A model generated the notes under the pieces. The model was given only the letters and a program-made list of their open reading frames with translations, was not told the origin of the DNA and ran no database searches. Made by a program: the position numbers and the translations under genes. From Octopus sinensis (lineage: Eukaryota), in NCBI RefSeq assembly GCF_006345805.1, contig NC_042998.1, forward strand, positions 171,368,001 through 171,432,000: DNA of 64,000 nt, in the 5' to 3' direction. Shown here in pieces: positions 62,801 to 64,000 of the stretch (position 1 is the stretch's first letter; each line of letters begins with the position of its first letter).

Positions 62801-63410
62801 TTATATTCAGAATTAAAGTTTACATAGGAACTTTAAAATGTAATATCCAAAGCCTGTTTTGGGTATGTCCCTAGTAGTATGTCCTGAGAGCGCGTTCACC
62901 ACTTTTGGTCACTAGGCGTCATCCGCGGTACTGCACTTTCGTCGCAGGATTTACGCAGGATCTATAAAGCTTAAAGCACATCCTGACTGCCCTATCAATA
63001 ATTCAATATATGTATATTCGCATTGAAGCGGTTATCTCCCCTGTTAGTATATGAATATACGTATGTCAGCGTTCACTATTTTACCTTCGTCTGGTCTAAC
63101 GACCCTTCATGTTTGTTTTAGTTCGGTTTCCTTGTATGTCTCCACTGTCCTGCTTTTGTTACCAACTTTGACCTTCCATAAATCCCAAATTTTATTTTGG
63201 CTTTTATGGGAGCAGCTGCCTTCGAAGACTCATATTGTCGTTCAACGGAAAAATAGATAAATAGTTACCAGGGTAGCAAAAAAATCACACAAGTAAAGAG
63301 GTTGTAACTCCTTGTTTTTAAAGGTAGAAACTTCGGGTTTACGTGGAATTTTTTGTATAATATATAGATAAATAAATGGAGTTTAACGTAGGTATAATTT
63401 AAATACTTTT

Positions 63411-63498
63411 ACTTCCGACACATGTTTCGAAGATCTCACTGATATTATTCCAAAGGAATAAATGATGTAAAACAATGTAATCTTCTCTTCAGGGAAGT
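63411..63498 (-). ncRNA. Canonical type I hammerhead ribozyme motif (C2)
   Basis: ACUUCC-CUGAAGA-GAAGAU..AUCUUC-GAAAC-AUGU-GUC-GGAAGU; stems I and II each 6 perfect bp; GUC cleavage triplet (site between 63417 and 63416). Confidence 0.85.
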
Positions 63499-63636
63499 GA
63501 AGAAATGAAACTCGTCAATAAGACATTTTAACAGAAAATGATGGGTATGTATAGTGATTTACTGAACGCTATTAATATTATTTGAAAAAGCGTTATACGA
63601 TATAATTATATATGAATTATACCTGCGTTAAACTCC

Positions 63637-63680
<44 letters not shown>

Positions 63681-63705
63681 TATATATTATATATATATAT
63701 ATATA

Positions 63706-63753
<48 letters not shown>

Positions 63754-63941
63754 TTATATAAAAGGGCTTAGTAAAATAAATTACTTTGCCGCATACTGAA
63801 CTCATTAGAAATAGCAGCTAAAAAAACATTTATAAAACTATTTCTAATACTTAAAGAAAACCTCTCTCATATAGTGTTTGCTCAATTCAACTCACGAAAG
63901 TATGGGGGTAGAGACATTAAAAAATCAAATGCAAAGGTATT

Positions 63942-63994
63942 TGAGAACGTACGTTTCAAGATTAGTCAAAATCGACATTTCTATCATCAGCTCA
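63942..63994 (-). ncRNA. Type I hammerhead motif (G)
   Basis: UGAG-CUGAUGA-UAGAAAUGUC(GAUUUU)GACUAAUCUU-GAAAC-GUAC-GUU-CUCA; stem I 4 bp, palindromic stem III, imperfect stem II. Confidence 0.65.
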
Positions 63995-64000
63995 GAACTC

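Overview
AT-rich, microsatellite-dense animal genomic DNA. The SINE families and repeat landscape suggest a coleoid cephalopod, probably Octopus (inference from recalled repeat sequences, not a search). Only one host-gene element is well supported: the first coding exon of a class A neuropeptide GPCR of the pyrokinin/CAPA/neuromedin-U (PRXamide) receptor group on the minus strand (exon 2179-2565). It has a strong upstream acceptor, so much of the window is probably its 5' intron or upstream DNA. The rest is mobile-element debris: tRNA-derived SINEs, RTE, CR1-group, R4-like and CRE-like LINE remnants, mariner/maT/Tc2 elements, a hAT remnant, Helitron pieces and Merlin-like MITEs. The main finding is a dense set of type I hammerhead-ribozyme motifs (about a dozen, in at least five unrelated sequence families), found by eye. 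One family is physically linked to a Penelope-like GIY-YIG endonuclease remnant. They include a near-perfect canonical copy (63411-63498), a recurrent CUGUNGA core variant, a copy with an 85-nt stem II hairpin, and a tRNA-headed SINE-like element carrying a hammerhead in a fold-back arrangement. Nearly all ORFs in the supplied track are microsatellite or transposon artefacts. All folds were deduced by hand and no ribozyme activity is shown.
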